Source of the DNA: an uncultured delta proteobacterium
GTDB taxonomy: Bacteria; Myxococcota_A; Polyangia; Polyangiales; Polyangiaceae
Reading direction: 5' to 3'
DNA: 64,000 nucleotides
Assembly: GCA_963696385.1 (NCBI GenBank)
Contig: CAVOKF010000003.1
Location: forward strand, 32,001 to 96,000
How positions within the stretch are numbered: the first letter of the stretch is position 1; each line of letters opens with the position of its first letter. The translations under genes were made by a program, and so were the position numbers. Of the stretch, positions 32,644 to 42,809 are shown one piece after another. The notes under the pieces are model-generated. The model was not told where the DNA came from and did not search any database. It worked only from the letters and a program-made list of their open reading frames with translations.

Positions 32644-33901
32644 CTGAATGATTCCGTGAGGTTGCGAGTAACTCTGCAGGTACTTGACGAGCATCATCGG
32701 TCACCGCTGGTGACAGAAGACGGGCCGCCAACCCCGGATCGATATCCGGCAACGCGGCGGCGGGTACCGGCCTCGCGGCGTCGAGCTCGCGCACGTACCC
32801 CATGTGGACCTTCGGGTCGGCGTGGCTCGCGAGCGTCATTGCCGTCTGCATGTTGACCCCTGCCCCGGCCAGCGCCCGATTGTATGCGCGCCTCAGGCTG
32901 TGGAAGTTCATCCGACGAGACACCGGGGTGTCCCAGTAAAGCGGATCCGCCGGGTTCGGCTTGCCCTTCAACGGAGGGAGCCGCACCACCCCGGCTCGGA
33001 AGAAGTCGCGGCGCAGACGGTTCGCGAACGAGGTGCCGCGGGACTTCTTGTCCTTCCCTGCCCTCGGCCCTCGACGCACCGGGAACACCGGTCCGGCCGT
33101 CGGACCCCCTGCCCTCGCCCACCATGCTCGAAGGAACGGCCGGAGCACTTCGGGCACTTCGAGGTGCTGTATCTCGCGAGTCTTGGACCGCGCGATCGTG
33201 CACCGGGCGAACTCAACCGTATCTATCATCGTCCAGTCCCAACGGATGAGCTCTGACGTCCGCATGCCGCCTTCGGTGCGGGCGACGAACGCGAGCAGCT
33301 TCAATTCGAGGTCGCAGTCCGGCGCGGCCAGGAACTTGCCGACCTCGGCATCCGTCGGACTTACGAACGGGCGCCGATCTCTCTTGAGGCCTTCGGGCAG
33401 TTCGACGTCTTCGGCGGGGTTTGCAGCGATGAGCTTTTCGATCTTGGCGCGCTTGAAGTCGCGGCGCATCACCGCGCGGATCTTGTGTACCGTCTCGTGT
33501 CCTAGCCCGTCGTCGCGTGCCTGCTCGAGAGCCCGACGAACATCGTCATCCGTGATGCGCGTAAGCTGTACGTCACCGATGACGCGGTAGATGTACCGAA
33601 CGCGATTGTTCTGTTCGTCCCGCGCCATCACCACGCCCGCCGCATTGCGCCGCTCGTGTCGGTCCGTCGTGTACGATCGGTATGTCTCCGCGACCTCGGT
33701 CTTGGCTTGCGCGTCGGCAACGTACTCCCCCGCTTCGATCATCGCGACGAGTCGGGCAAGCTTGCGCTTCGCCGTTTGCCGATCCTTCGTGTTCAGCGCC
33801 ATCCATCGGCGTTCGTCGGTGCCGTCTGGTCGTTTGACCCATACGCGGGCGTAGAAACCGCTCGGCTTCGCGATGATCGTGCCTGTTCTTTTGATAGCCA
33901 T
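32582..33901 (-). CDS. int: Tyrosine integrase
   Basis: GGMRTSEL, NFHSLRRAY, ASHADPKVHMGY; reads through att into the tRNA. Confidence 0.92.
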   Translation of the reverse strand: MAIKRTGTIIAKPSGFYARVWVKRPDGTDERRWMALNTKDRQTAKRKLARLVAMIEAGEYVADAQAKTEVAETYRSYTTDRHERRNAAGVVMARDEQNNRVRYIYRVIGDVQLTRITDDDVRRALEQARDDGLGHETVHKIRAVMRRDFKRAKIEKLIAANPAEDVELPEGLKRDRRPFVSPTDAEVGKFLAAPDCDLELKLLAFVARTEGGMRTSELIRWDWTMIDTVEFARCTIARSKTREIQHLEVPEVLRPFLRAWWARAGGPTAGPVFPVRRGPRAGKDKKSRGTSFANRLRRDFFRAGVVRLPPLKGKPNPADPLYWDTPVSRRMNFHSLRRAYNRALAGAGVNMQTAMTLASHADPKVHMGYVRELDAARPVPAAALPDIDPGLAARLLSPAVTDDARQVPAELLATSRNHSERDTGLEPATFGLGSRRSTN

Positions 33902-33975
33902 CGTTCGCCTGCCTCTTCAGAACCGGGTGGCGCCCGGTTGACGCCCCTTGCGGGGCGTTTCGGCTATTCATGCGC

Positions 33976-34119
33976 TCACGGCTTGGTCTTGAGTCTGGCG
34001 ATCTCGTCTTCGAGCTTTGCGATCTGCTTTTTTAGCGTGTCGATTTCGCGATCCTTTGCAGAGAGCAGCGCGGCGTAATCATCGCGCTGGCGTTTTATCT
34101 GTTCCGGTGTCTCAGCCAT
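33976..34119 (-). CDS. 47-aa coiled-coil protein
   Basis: GGAGG RBS; MAETPEQIKRQRDDYAALLSAKDREIDTLKKQIAKLEDEIARLKTKP. Confidence 0.55.
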   Translation of the reverse strand: MAETPEQIKRQRDDYAALLSAKDREIDTLKKQIAKLEDEIARLKTKP

Positions 34120-34187
34120 CTTGGCCTCCCTCGTCCCGCATCACGTGCGGACGTGATCCTGATCGGATCACGTTTCGGCCTGGGACG

Positions 34188-34526
34188 CTATCGTCGCCGA
34201 AACACCCCGCTTTCCCGTGGAATGACCTCGCCCGTCGAATCGACAACCGCGTCGGACTGGCACGAGTGTCGCGGGCACGGCGACGGTTTCGCCCACGGGA
34301 GAGCGAGAGATGCGGCGACGTCGTGAGTCAAAACGACCCCGAATGCCGCGACGGCGTGTCCGCAAAATCGGCAGTGGTATTCGCTTGGCGCGAACGCGTT
34401 GCGCTCGACAGCTTGCGCCTTGACGAGTCGGCGCACACGTTGGTCGACAAGATGGCGCCAGAGTTCCGGCGAGCCCTTGAAGGGGGGACGTGGAAAGTAT
34501 CGGCGAAGGATTCGGGCGGCGCTCAT
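34188..34526 (-). CDS. Hypothetical protein (CxxC)
   Basis: ATGA-coupled to the upstream ORF; YHCRFCG. Confidence 0.5.
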   Translation of the reverse strand: MSAARILRRYFPRPPFKGSPELWRHLVDQRVRRLVKAQAVERNAFAPSEYHCRFCGHAVAAFGVVLTHDVAASLALPWAKPSPCPRHSCQSDAVVDSTGEVIPRESGVFRRR

Positions 34527-34804
34527 CGGCGGCCCCGTAGCTCGTGCTCGGCGAGGATGTCCTCGTCACGCACTTCGATGGGCTCGCGGTCGAGCACGTC
34601 GACTCGAACCGCAGCGGTGAACGAGGTGAAGCTCTTCTTTTTCGCGTGATAGAAGCGGGCCAAGTGCAAGAGCGCGCAGAAGGCCTGATCGACCGTGCGC
34701 GCATCGGCCGGCGTCATGTCGTCGTCGGCATCGATCAGGGCATCGAGGGCCGCATGCAGGTTTTCGCGGATTCTGTTTTTTAGGGGAGTGGCTAAACTGG
34801 GCAC
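34523..34804 (-). CDS. Hypothetical protein
   Basis: RBS AAGGG; coupled stop/start with the next ORF. Confidence 0.55.
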   Translation of the reverse strand: MPSLATPLKNRIRENLHAALDALIDADDDMTPADARTVDQAFCALLHLARFYHAKKKSFTSFTAAVRVDVLDREPIEVRDEDILAEHELRGRR

Positions 34805-35135
34805 GTTCGTTTCCCTTTCGGTTGCGGACCACGCTCCCGGCGGTTACAGCCGCGCGGGAGCATTCGTTGCGGGCTCGGTGCCCGCCCCGCGCCCGGCCCC
34901 CCAGCGGGAGCGGCACGAGGCGAGCGGCGAGGTCAACGCGTGAGGTCCTGGGCCAACTCCCTGATTCTCTCAACCTCTCCGAGAGCCATCACAATCGTGT
35001 CGGGGTCGGGGCTGCAGGCCAGCCGCTCGGACGCGAGCTCGGCCAGCCGGGCGATACGCGTCGCGACGACGAGCGTTCGCGAGGTTACCGGCTCGCGCCG
35101 GACAGTGGGGGCCTCGTCCGGCCAGGGGGCGGCGC

Positions 35136-35351
35136 TCACTTGCGGCCCTTCTTCGCGTCGGAAGCGAGCACGTCGAGCCCGCGGCGGATGGCCATGCGGA
35201 GCACGTCTGCCCGCGTGACCGACAGGCCAGGCTCGGACTTGGCTAGCGCAATTTGCTCGGCTTCCTCAAGCCACTCGGCGGAAAGGGCGATCGTTACTTG
35301 CCCGTCTTTGTTCGGATCCTTCGGTCTCGGCATCGTCGGCGAGTTCGCCAT
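35136..35351 (-). CDS. Ribbon-helix-helix (CopG-like) regulator
   Basis: QVTIALSAEWLEEAEQ...TRADVLRMAIRRGL. Confidence 0.7.
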   Translation of the reverse strand: MANSPTMPRPKDPNKDGQVTIALSAEWLEEAEQIALAKSEPGLSVTRADVLRMAIRRGLDVLASDAKKGRK

Positions 35352-35431
35352 GTTGTTCACCTCTCAGCCACCGTAGCAAGTTGCTAACGCCGTGGCAAGG
35401 TGTATAACTCTTGGGAAAGGTGGTGGACCGT

Positions 35432-35992
35432 ATGAAAATGATAACGATGCTGGTTTCAGCGCTGGCGCTTGCTGCGTGCGGAGGGGCGCCGGAAGCGCCC
35501 GAAAGCATGGCCGCCCCGTCCTCTTCGTCCAGCAGCGCGTCGAGCGCCGAGGTCGCGGACGGCGCCGGGAGCCCGGACGACGCCGGGAGCCCGGCTGCGA
35601 GCTCGAGTTCGTCGTCGGCGATGTCGGCCCCGACCAGCAGCGACGATGACGCTGGCGAGACCGTCGAGGCCGCGGCCGTCGTGATCGACGCTGGCGCCCC
35701 GCCGTCGTATACCCCGGACGCGGCATGCCATGATCTGGCCTGCGAAGGGAACGTGGGGCCGCCATCCGATGCCTCGCCCTATGTGACGACGTGCCTAAAT
35801 CAGGCGGACGGGTGCGACGGGTGCGTGAATCTCTCGACGACAGGATGTACCAGTTCAGGCGGCACGATCGCGGGCACTGACGTTCCCGTATATTCCTGCC
35901 CGATCGGTACGGTGTGCTATCCGGGTACACTAAATCGTGGCGGCGCTGGTAACACGGTGTCGTGCACGTTCACTAACATCTGCCCAATGTGA
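35432..35992 (+). CDS. Cys-rich lipoprotein (cargo)
   Basis: LALAAC lipobox, Ser/Ala linker, Cys-rich C-terminus; hairpin at 36000-36033 after the stop. Confidence 0.7.
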   Translation: MKMITMLVSALALAACGGAPEAPESMAAPSSSSSSASSAEVADGAGSPDDAGSPAASSSSSSAMSAPTSSDDDAGETVEAAAVVIDAGAPPSYTPDAACHDLACEGNVGPPSDASPYVTTCLNQADGCDGCVNLSTTGCTSSGGTIAGTDVPVYSCPIGTVCYPGTLNRGGAGNTVSCTFTNICPM

Positions 35993-36377
35993 AATGGGCG
36001 AAACCCCGGGAAGCTTTCGCCGCTCGGGGTTTCTGGCTCGGCTGTCGCCCAGCTGGACCTTGGAGCTGTTTGGGGCCGCTTACGGTTCGCCCGGGCCGTT
36101 TATAACGTCCGCCCTTCGACGTGAATAGGTATACTGCCTATCGCCACTCCGTCAAGTGGGCGATATACGATTTTGCGCAGTGGCCTGTTTACGCGCTGCG
36201 CAGACTACGAAGTAGCTCTAGCAATTTGGCTTCCGCCGAAAGCGCCCGATCGCGCCATGTGCCAGCCGGACCCGCCCAGTAGCTCGCCACGCGCTCGGGG
36301 ACTGGGCAAGCCTCGGGCTGCGCACCTTGCGCCATCTCAAAACGAGTCAATCCGACGGGGCGATGCGCAGCCATTGG

Positions 36378-36899
36378 CTAATTCAGCTGATTCATGAAAA
36401 TGCACTGCCACGCTAGCTGATCGCTGCCGGTGGTCGCGACTAGGAGGGTGACGGTCTGGCCCGAGATACTGAAACCGGAGTACCCGTTCACCGTCTCCGT
36501 ATTGCTGTCGAACGCCTGCGAGTAGGCGTTCGTTACCGTGCCGCCGACGTCGACGAACCCCATCACCTGGCGGAACGAGCCCGCGCCGTCCGAGGGGTTC
36601 GTGATGTCACGGAAGGTGCACAACTGCTGCACGTGCCACAGGTGGCCCGACGTCAGAGTCACCGCCATCGTCGTCGAGGTGAATCCCGGCGGCACGACGC
36701 TCAATCCCTGCCACCCGGTGGTCCACGTCACGCCCATTTGCCCCGCGCTCTCCGAGCCGAGCCAATAGCCGGGGGAGAGCAGGAAACTGCCCGCCTGGGC
36801 AAACGATGGGCTGGCCGACGGCTGCGTCTGCGCGAGGGCGACGCCAGCGACGAGCGCGAGCGCGACGAGAATGAGTGACGGGGAAAACCTGTGTTGCAT
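36378..36899 (-). CDS. Secreted hypothetical protein
   Basis: Signal peptide ...VAGVALA-Q. Confidence 0.6.
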   Translation of the reverse strand: MQHRFSPSLILVALALVAGVALAQTQPSASPSFAQAGSFLLSPGYWLGSESAGQMGVTWTTGWQGLSVVPPGFTSTTMAVTLTSGHLWHVQQLCTFRDITNPSDGAGSFRQVMGFVDVGGTVTNAYSQAFDSNTETVNGYSGFSISGQTVTLLVATTGSDQLAWQCIFMNQLN

Positions 36900-36909
36900 T
36901 GAGTACTCC

Positions 36910-38124
36910 TCAGCTCAGTTGAGAAAGCTGGCCCGAGATCAGCGAGAAGCGCACGGTGCCGACGGTGTCGTTGAAGCAGATCGCGGCCTGGACGGGGGAC
37001 ATCGCGAGGTTCGGCGAGTTAGCGCCGTTAGGTGTAATGTACACTTGACTTGGATACCATGATTGGCCGTCGGGGCTCCAAACTATGACGCCGGTGTCAG
37101 GTGTGCTTGCCGCGACGAGACCAAGCCAAAGCGAGCCGCATCCGCAAAGGTATTTGATTGCGGCCTGGCCGCTCGAAGTGGAAAAGGCATATACATACGT
37201 GTTGCCCGTCTCGGACACGTAGTAATTCCGAACGTTGCCGCCTCCCGACGGCTGCGTAACCAGCAAAAATTGCCCTCCGGGGTTTGTCGTAGTCGTTCCC
37301 CAGGCGAGCGCGATCGGAATGTCCGTGCCGATCGTGCTGGAGATAGACAGCGTCGTGGTCGTTCCGCCAGTGGCCATGGTCACGCTGCATACGCCACTCG
37401 CGCCGATGTAAACCGCGGCGCATGTCGTCGCGTTCGCCGCGACTACGGCATTCGTGAGCGATAGACCGGTCACTTCAGCGGTATGGCTAGAGTTCGTCAG
37501 GTAGAAGATCTCAGACCCAGCCGCCGAGCCGGACACGAGCACGGCCATGGCGAAGGATTGGCCGCTCGGGCACGCGACCGGGAATGAAGTGGCGGCATTG
37601 AAGGCGCCCATGCCCGTTTGCACCGCGGCAGGCGTAATCGTCTCGACGTAGCCGAGCCCGCCACTGATACGAGTCATGTAGCTGCAGCCGGAGTTATCGC
37701 AGGCGATGCCAGCAACCGTGCCAGTGGGAGTGAACCCCGTCCCGAAATTCACGGTCGTTGTCGAATCCGTGCCCGTGAGCGTCGAAAAGAAATTGAACGC
37801 GCTCGAATTGTATGTGTTCGCGCAAACCCATAAATTGAGCGTGGCATTCCATGCCATGGCGTTCAACGTGTAGGCGCCGGATTCGGCCACGAACTGAGGT
37901 TGCCAATTCTGCGCGATCGTCGAGTCACCGCCGGCGATCTGGACCGCGGCGACATTGCTGAATGCCAAATTCAATTCGAAGTTGAGCGCGGGGGCGGCTG
38001 CGCCAGTGCCGGGCGTGAAATAGGATGCGGACGGCGCGATCTTCGTGGGGCCGCCCGACCATGGTGAGGATCCAGCGGGGTAGTCAAGGGCAGTCGACCA
38101 GGTACCAATAAGCGGCTGTCCCAT
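36910..38124 (-). CDS. Beta-rich virion/tail-fibre-like protein
   Basis: G/S/T/A-rich 404 aa; N-terminal PWSGGPTK...P...LNF; Asp-box-like WSPDGQSW. Confidence 0.45.
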   Translation of the reverse strand: MGQPLIGTWSTALDYPAGSSPWSGGPTKIAPSASYFTPGTGAAAPALNFELNLAFSNVAAVQIAGGDSTIAQNWQPQFVAESGAYTLNAMAWNATLNLWVCANTYNSSAFNFFSTLTGTDSTTTVNFGTGFTPTGTVAGIACDNSGCSYMTRISGGLGYVETITPAAVQTGMGAFNAATSFPVACPSGQSFAMAVLVSGSAAGSEIFYLTNSSHTAEVTGLSLTNAVVAANATTCAAVYIGASGVCSVTMATGGTTTTLSISSTIGTDIPIALAWGTTTTNPGGQFLLVTQPSGGGNVRNYYVSETGNTYVYAFSTSSGQAAIKYLCGCGSLWLGLVAASTPDTGVIVWSPDGQSWYPSQVYITPNGANSPNLAMSPVQAAICFNDTVGTVRFSLISGQLSQLS

Positions 38125-38297
38125 TTACTTACTCCAAACGCTTTCGTTCCAATTCGACTGATTCCAGATCGCGGGTGGCGCCGGTGCCGGAGCGATATCC
38201 ACCGAGGCCGAGACCTCGCCGGTTAGCTCGAATTTAGCCGTGGCTTCCGCGGTCGGGACGGGCACGGTCGCGTCAATCGAACAGACAAATTCCTGGC

Positions 38298-38657
38298 TCA
38301 TTTGCTTTTCTCCACAGGTGTCCCGGCGAGCGTGTTGGCGCCGGTTCGGATTCTCATTCCGCCGAAAGTGATTTCGGCATTCTGTCCTAGGTCTGCAACC
38401 TCATTCCAAAATAGCCATGCGTAAATATTTCGCCTGTCGCCTGGTCGCAGCGCCTTGAGCGATCGGAGGACGTCGGCGGCGTCCTTGCGGAACGTGAGTG
38501 CGTCGCGCCGGGTCTCCGCGTTCGCTCGAAATTCCTCGTCGGTCGGAGTCGGCGCCGTCGGCTCCGGAACAACGGGTGTGCCGGTCAAAGCGTCGCTACG
38601 GTTGAATACGGCTCCCGATGTCATTGGCTCATTCACCTCGCGTCCGACCCATTGCAC
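38298..38657 (-). CDS. Hypothetical protein
   Basis: Co-oriented ORF in the terminase operon. Confidence 0.5.
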   Translation of the reverse strand: MQWVGREVNEPMTSGAVFNRSDALTGTPVVPEPTAPTPTDEEFRANAETRRDALTFRKDAADVLRSLKALRPGDRRNIYAWLFWNEVADLGQNAEITFGGMRIRTGANTLAGTPVEKSK

Positions 38658-39375
38658 GCACCTTCGGTTTGCCGACGGGCGTGCGCCAGGCGTCCTTTGC
38701 TCGCGCGATCATGGCGTCGCGCGCGTCGGTCGTCGCCGAGTCGCCCTCTCCGAACGTGTCAGGCGTGGACATACCCCCGCCGAAAGAGCCCGACGCCTCG
38801 CCCTGGTTCCCCCCGCCGAACGCGCTCCGTCCGTGCTCGGTCTGCGCTCGCTGGACGCGCGGAGCATTCTGCCGGGCTGATTCTCCGTACGGTCCGTCGT
38901 TGGGCGGGGTGCTCTCGTTTTTGCCCCTTGACCCCCCGGGAAACGAGCCGTCGTGCCCCCGTGCCGGACGATATCCGTACTGGGCAAGTTCGAGGCCCCG
39001 TTCGAATTTCGCTTGCAGAGCGGCGAAACCCGCTGCGCGCTGTTCGTCGGCCGAACTGAGCGTTTCCTCTTGTGTAGAGGTGTTCGTCTGGACGCCGCTC
39101 TCCGTCAGCATCGCGTCGGCGCGCGACTCGGCGCCGCCGGCGTAGATGAGATCCATCGGATCCAAGAATCGCGGCGCGGCGTCCGAGCGAAGCTGGCCCT
39201 TCTTGACGGCCACTCCGTAGACGCCCTCGATGTATGCAGCCGACGCGTTCGCTGGGATCTCGTAGCCGATCCGCGCGAGTTCTTTGCGACGAACGTCGGC
39301 GACGCCCCTCTCGTATTCGGGGTTGGGTGCCGGGTCTCTCGAGTTCGATTCATATCGCATTCCCATGGCGTTCAC
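38629..39375 (-). CDS. Hypothetical protein, possibly scaffold-like
   Basis: ASAAYIEG and C-terminal DSATTDARDAMIARAKDAW recall DUF2213-type tails. Confidence 0.4.
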   Translation of the reverse strand: MNAMGMRYESNSRDPAPNPEYERGVADVRRKELARIGYEIPANASAAYIEGVYGVAVKKGQLRSDAAPRFLDPMDLIYAGGAESRADAMLTESGVQTNTSTQEETLSSADEQRAAGFAALQAKFERGLELAQYGYRPARGHDGSFPGGSRGKNESTPPNDGPYGESARQNAPRVQRAQTEHGRSAFGGGNQGEASGSFGGGMSTPDTFGEGDSATTDARDAMIARAKDAWRTPVGKPKVRAMGRTRGE

Positions 39376-40793
39376 TTACCTTTCTTCGAAATTAGTGCCC
39401 CAAGTTCCACGATTCCCGCCGCTGCCGCCTCTGCGGCCCACGAGCTCAACTCGTCTTTCGACGTATTTCCGCTGTACGGCCGATCCACAGGCCTGGTCAC
39501 TCGGAGGTCGATCTTGTCGATCTGCTGCATATTCGGATCCTGCAAGATCCGGATCGGCGGATGCGTTGTCCCGATTGCGCCCGCCTGCACAGGAATCTGC
39601 CGATGTGCCGACATGCGCTCTTGATCCAAGAGCTCGGACCAGATGAGAGCGACTGCAGCCGGGGGCGAGATCAGATATCCACGGACGCAAACCTCGACGA
39701 TATGTCTCGGCATCCACCCGAGCGCCGTCCTTACTTGGTACAGGTATGTCGCCCACTCCCGGACGAACTCGCGCGCCGCATCCGTGTGTTGCTTGCTGAA
39801 CGCCTCGACGGGGCCAGTCTTCCGACCGGGTACATGTCGCTGGAGAATGCGGCACACAAGACCGTATGATTCGGTGTCGGGCAATCCGACGGACGCCAGC
39901 ATTTGCGCGTTGGCCGTGATGACGTGCTGAGGCGCCAAGATCTCGCCAACCGCGAAGACAACGCGCGGCAAAGGCAAACCCGGTATGGCCCGAAACACGA
40001 TCGTGCCGCCGATCATCGTCGCGGTAGCGAGCTCGCGCGGAATGGTCACGCCCGGTTCGTCGAGGATGCGGATGCCGACGAAATCGAGATCGCGAAGCGT
40101 GCGGCTTTCGATTCGGTTTGCCTCGGTGAAAGCGCGCTGGGCCGCCTGCGCCTCCGCTTCGATGCGCTCGTTTTCGGCCTTCTGCGAGGCCTCTAGCTCG
40201 CGAGCACGAGAGCCCGGAGCGACGAGCCGCTTGCCTGCCACGACCGGCCGCCCGATCACCTGAGCGCAGTGCGAGAAAGAGGCACCGAGGGATCGCATGG
40301 CCGACACCGCGAAGAGGTCGAACACGCGATCGGCGAACGTGTACTTGATCAAACCGCTGACCTCGGGCCGATGGCGGAGAATTTCGCGCGCCGCCGCGTC
40401 GGCTTCGTTGAGATGCTCCTCGAACACTTCGGTCCCGTCGTCGTCGATGCCGATCGATTCGATGGCGAGCCCGTACAGCTCCAGGCAGAGCAAAGCCGTG
40501 GGGCGAGCGGCGCCGTTGATCGGCTCAAGTCGCGCGATCTCGGTGTCACCCTGACGGATGACGATCGGAGCGTCGAGGGGGGCGCACCAAGGCACGAGCG
40601 AGCCGTTTTCGAGCAACGGGTTGACATCGCGCACCCGGACGTCGTCGACGATGACGAACCGAGCGCACGGCGGGGGCGCCGGCGGGCGATGGCGCTCCGC
40701 GGCTTCGCGAACGATTCGGAGGGCGTAATCGCCGCCGTGCTGGACAATCCCGTTTTGAACGCGATCGGGGACGTGGGGAATGCTGGTCGTCAT
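39372..40793 (-). CDS. Hypothetical protein (473 aa) downstream of terL
   Basis: Long co-oriented ORF; no recognised motif. Confidence 0.6.
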   Translation of the reverse strand: MTTSIPHVPDRVQNGIVQHGGDYALRIVREAAERHRPPAPPPCARFVIVDDVRVRDVNPLLENGSLVPWCAPLDAPIVIRQGDTEIARLEPINGAARPTALLCLELYGLAIESIGIDDDGTEVFEEHLNEADAAAREILRHRPEVSGLIKYTFADRVFDLFAVSAMRSLGASFSHCAQVIGRPVVAGKRLVAPGSRARELEASQKAENERIEAEAQAAQRAFTEANRIESRTLRDLDFVGIRILDEPGVTIPRELATATMIGGTIVFRAIPGLPLPRVVFAVGEILAPQHVITANAQMLASVGLPDTESYGLVCRILQRHVPGRKTGPVEAFSKQHTDAAREFVREWATYLYQVRTALGWMPRHIVEVCVRGYLISPPAAVALIWSELLDQERMSAHRQIPVQAGAIGTTHPPIRILQDPNMQQIDKIDLRVTRPVDRPYSGNTSKDELSSWAAEAAAAGIVELGALISKKGK

Positions 40794-40821
40794 TTTCGTT
40801 GGCCTCTTGTAGTGTGTATCG

Positions 40822-41175
40822 TCAGGAATTTTTTGCACGGAATTGCGGCACCATTGCCCGAAATGAATCCGAACTGTTCGCGCTGAACTCGATGCCGCCG
40901 ACCTTGCCATACCTGGCCGTCATCGGATTGCGACTCACTGTCGCGATCTCGACGCGCCCGGCGGGGTCGCGCGTGACCGAAAGGCACGGTTCTTCGCTGT
41001 CGTCCATCCCTTGCCGCAGGTCGCGTACGAAGTCCCGCGTCTGCCGCATCGTAGCCTGCAACGCGTCGCCGATGACTTCGTCAATCAACTGATCGTATCG
41101 GTCCTCGCAGAGTGCCCGGCGCTGCGGTATGTACGGATTTCGCCCTCCCTTTAGCCTCATCGCGCCACCCCCCAA
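40822..41175 (-). CDS. Hypothetical protein
   Basis: Overlaps the terL stop. Confidence 0.45.
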   Translation of the reverse strand: MGGGAMRLKGGRNPYIPQRRALCEDRYDQLIDEVIGDALQATMRQTRDFVRDLRQGMDDSEEPCLSVTRDPAGRVEIATVSRNPMTARYGKVGGIEFSANSSDSFRAMVPQFRAKNS

Positions 41176-42809
41176 GTGTTCCCGTAGGTCGTCTCAAAGA
41201 ACCAGCGAGCCCGATGCGGGAATCCCTGATCCTTGCACGCTGGATCAATCACGATGTTTCCGATCATGTCGCCCACCTTCCATCGCGCAATGCCGTTGAC
41301 ATAGTCGGCGTCCACGTACGTGATCGTGCCGCCGCTCTCCGTGAGTGTGTACGTGTCTTTCTTGAGGCCGACTTTTCGGCGCCAGCCAATGAGCTCCGCG
41401 AGCACATTCGTGTAGTGTTCGGTGGCCTGCTGATAAACGCCCTGATCGAATACGCGTCCGCCACGAGCATCCACCGCGGACATCGCTCGGACCCAACTTG
41501 CTTCGCCGTTCGAAGCCCGCGAGGCGCAGAGCGCGATGCTCTGTGCGTGGTCGGAGTGTCGCCCCCCCTGGCGTTCGAGCTCGATACTGAATCCGCCCTG
41601 CTTCGATACCAACTTGCGAACTCCGAGTAGATCGGAGCGGAGGATCGGCACGTCCGGAATCTCGATCGTGCCGTCCGTGAACCGGCGCTTGAGGGAATCG
41701 AACATCTGCACTTTCCCCGGTTGCGTCATCGCTTCCTGCACGAGCTCGATGCCGTGCCGATCCGCATGGGACTTCAGAGCATCGAAGGACCACTGATCCT
41801 GTACGAGTTCGTCGATGCCGTACGACTTGAGGATTACCGCGATTTCGCCCATCGTGGCGTCGCTGTCCAAGGCACCACCCTTCGGTGCGCGCCAGCCCTG
41901 CACACGCACGATCTGGACACTGCCGGACTCGAGTTCGCGACCGATCGCTAGACTCCACTCGTTGCTGCGCGTCGCCGGATCTTGTGCGGCAAAATATCGA
42001 CCACCTGGGACGTGCGGAATCGAGGCTTGGCCTCTGTGCGTCGCGGCCAGCAAGAGCGATTCCGAGAACATCGAAAGCATGTCCCCGGCGAACGGGATTG
42101 CGCCGTATTCACGCAGAAACGTGTCCTCGTCGGGCTCAAGCTCGCGGCATTCTTGCTCGGTGAGACTCGGGCGCGCGATCCATGTCGCGGCTTGCGTGAC
42201 AACTTGGAAATCGGTGTCGCCCGCGTCGATTGCCTTGGCGTGCGCATCGTTGCGGCCCATCGGACTCGACGAAAGGAAGATCTTCGCATTCGGTTGGCCG
42301 GCCATCGTTGGGCGAAGGCTCGCGAGCACCTCCGTCGCCGGGTTTGAGCCGGTGTCGACGTCCTTCCATTTGGCAACCTCGTCGCAAATCGCGCATATGC
42401 AGGTGAAGCCCGAGACGCCGGAGATCGAGGCGGCGAACGTTTTGAAGGCGACGGGGCGCGACTCGAGCTCGATGCCGCCGTCGCACGGCTTGTACTTCAC
42501 GCCGAGCGCCGCAAGGATCGCCTTCACCGTGCGGAGGCGTTCGGCGGACTGGTCGCGCGATACCGATATGATCGCGACAACGCCGATGTCACCCGCGGGA
42601 ATCTTGTGATCTCCGTACAAGCCTTCGAGGACGCCAACCCGGCAAAGACTCGACGACTTGCCGCCACGGCGACCTACGCGCCCCGCCCATTGCCGTTTCC
42701 CCGATGCGTAGAACGATGCGAGGGTATTCTTCCACCAATCGCTCATCGGGTGGAAGTCCGCGCTCGCGAGGCGCCGTTCGAGGGGGGTGAGATGGTCGAG
42801 GACGCTCAT
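41157..42809 (-). CDS. terL: Phage terminase large subunit
   Basis: GRRGGKS Walker A, ICDEVA Walker B, SSSP motif, REYGA, AAQDPA nuclease, SDHAQS. Confidence 0.85.
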   Translation of the reverse strand: MSVLDHLTPLERRLASADFHPMSDWWKNTLASFYASGKRQWAGRVGRRGGKSSSLCRVGVLEGLYGDHKIPAGDIGVVAIISVSRDQSAERLRTVKAILAALGVKYKPCDGGIELESRPVAFKTFAASISGVSGFTCICAICDEVAKWKDVDTGSNPATEVLASLRPTMAGQPNAKIFLSSSPMGRNDAHAKAIDAGDTDFQVVTQAATWIARPSLTEQECRELEPDEDTFLREYGAIPFAGDMLSMFSESLLLAATHRGQASIPHVPGGRYFAAQDPATRSNEWSLAIGRELESGSVQIVRVQGWRAPKGGALDSDATMGEIAVILKSYGIDELVQDQWSFDALKSHADRHGIELVQEAMTQPGKVQMFDSLKRRFTDGTIEIPDVPILRSDLLGVRKLVSKQGGFSIELERQGGRHSDHAQSIALCASRASNGEASWVRAMSAVDARGGRVFDQGVYQQATEHYTNVLAELIGWRRKVGLKKDTYTLTESGGTITYVDADYVNGIARWKVGDMIGNIVIDPACKDQGFPHRARWFFETTYGNTWGVAR

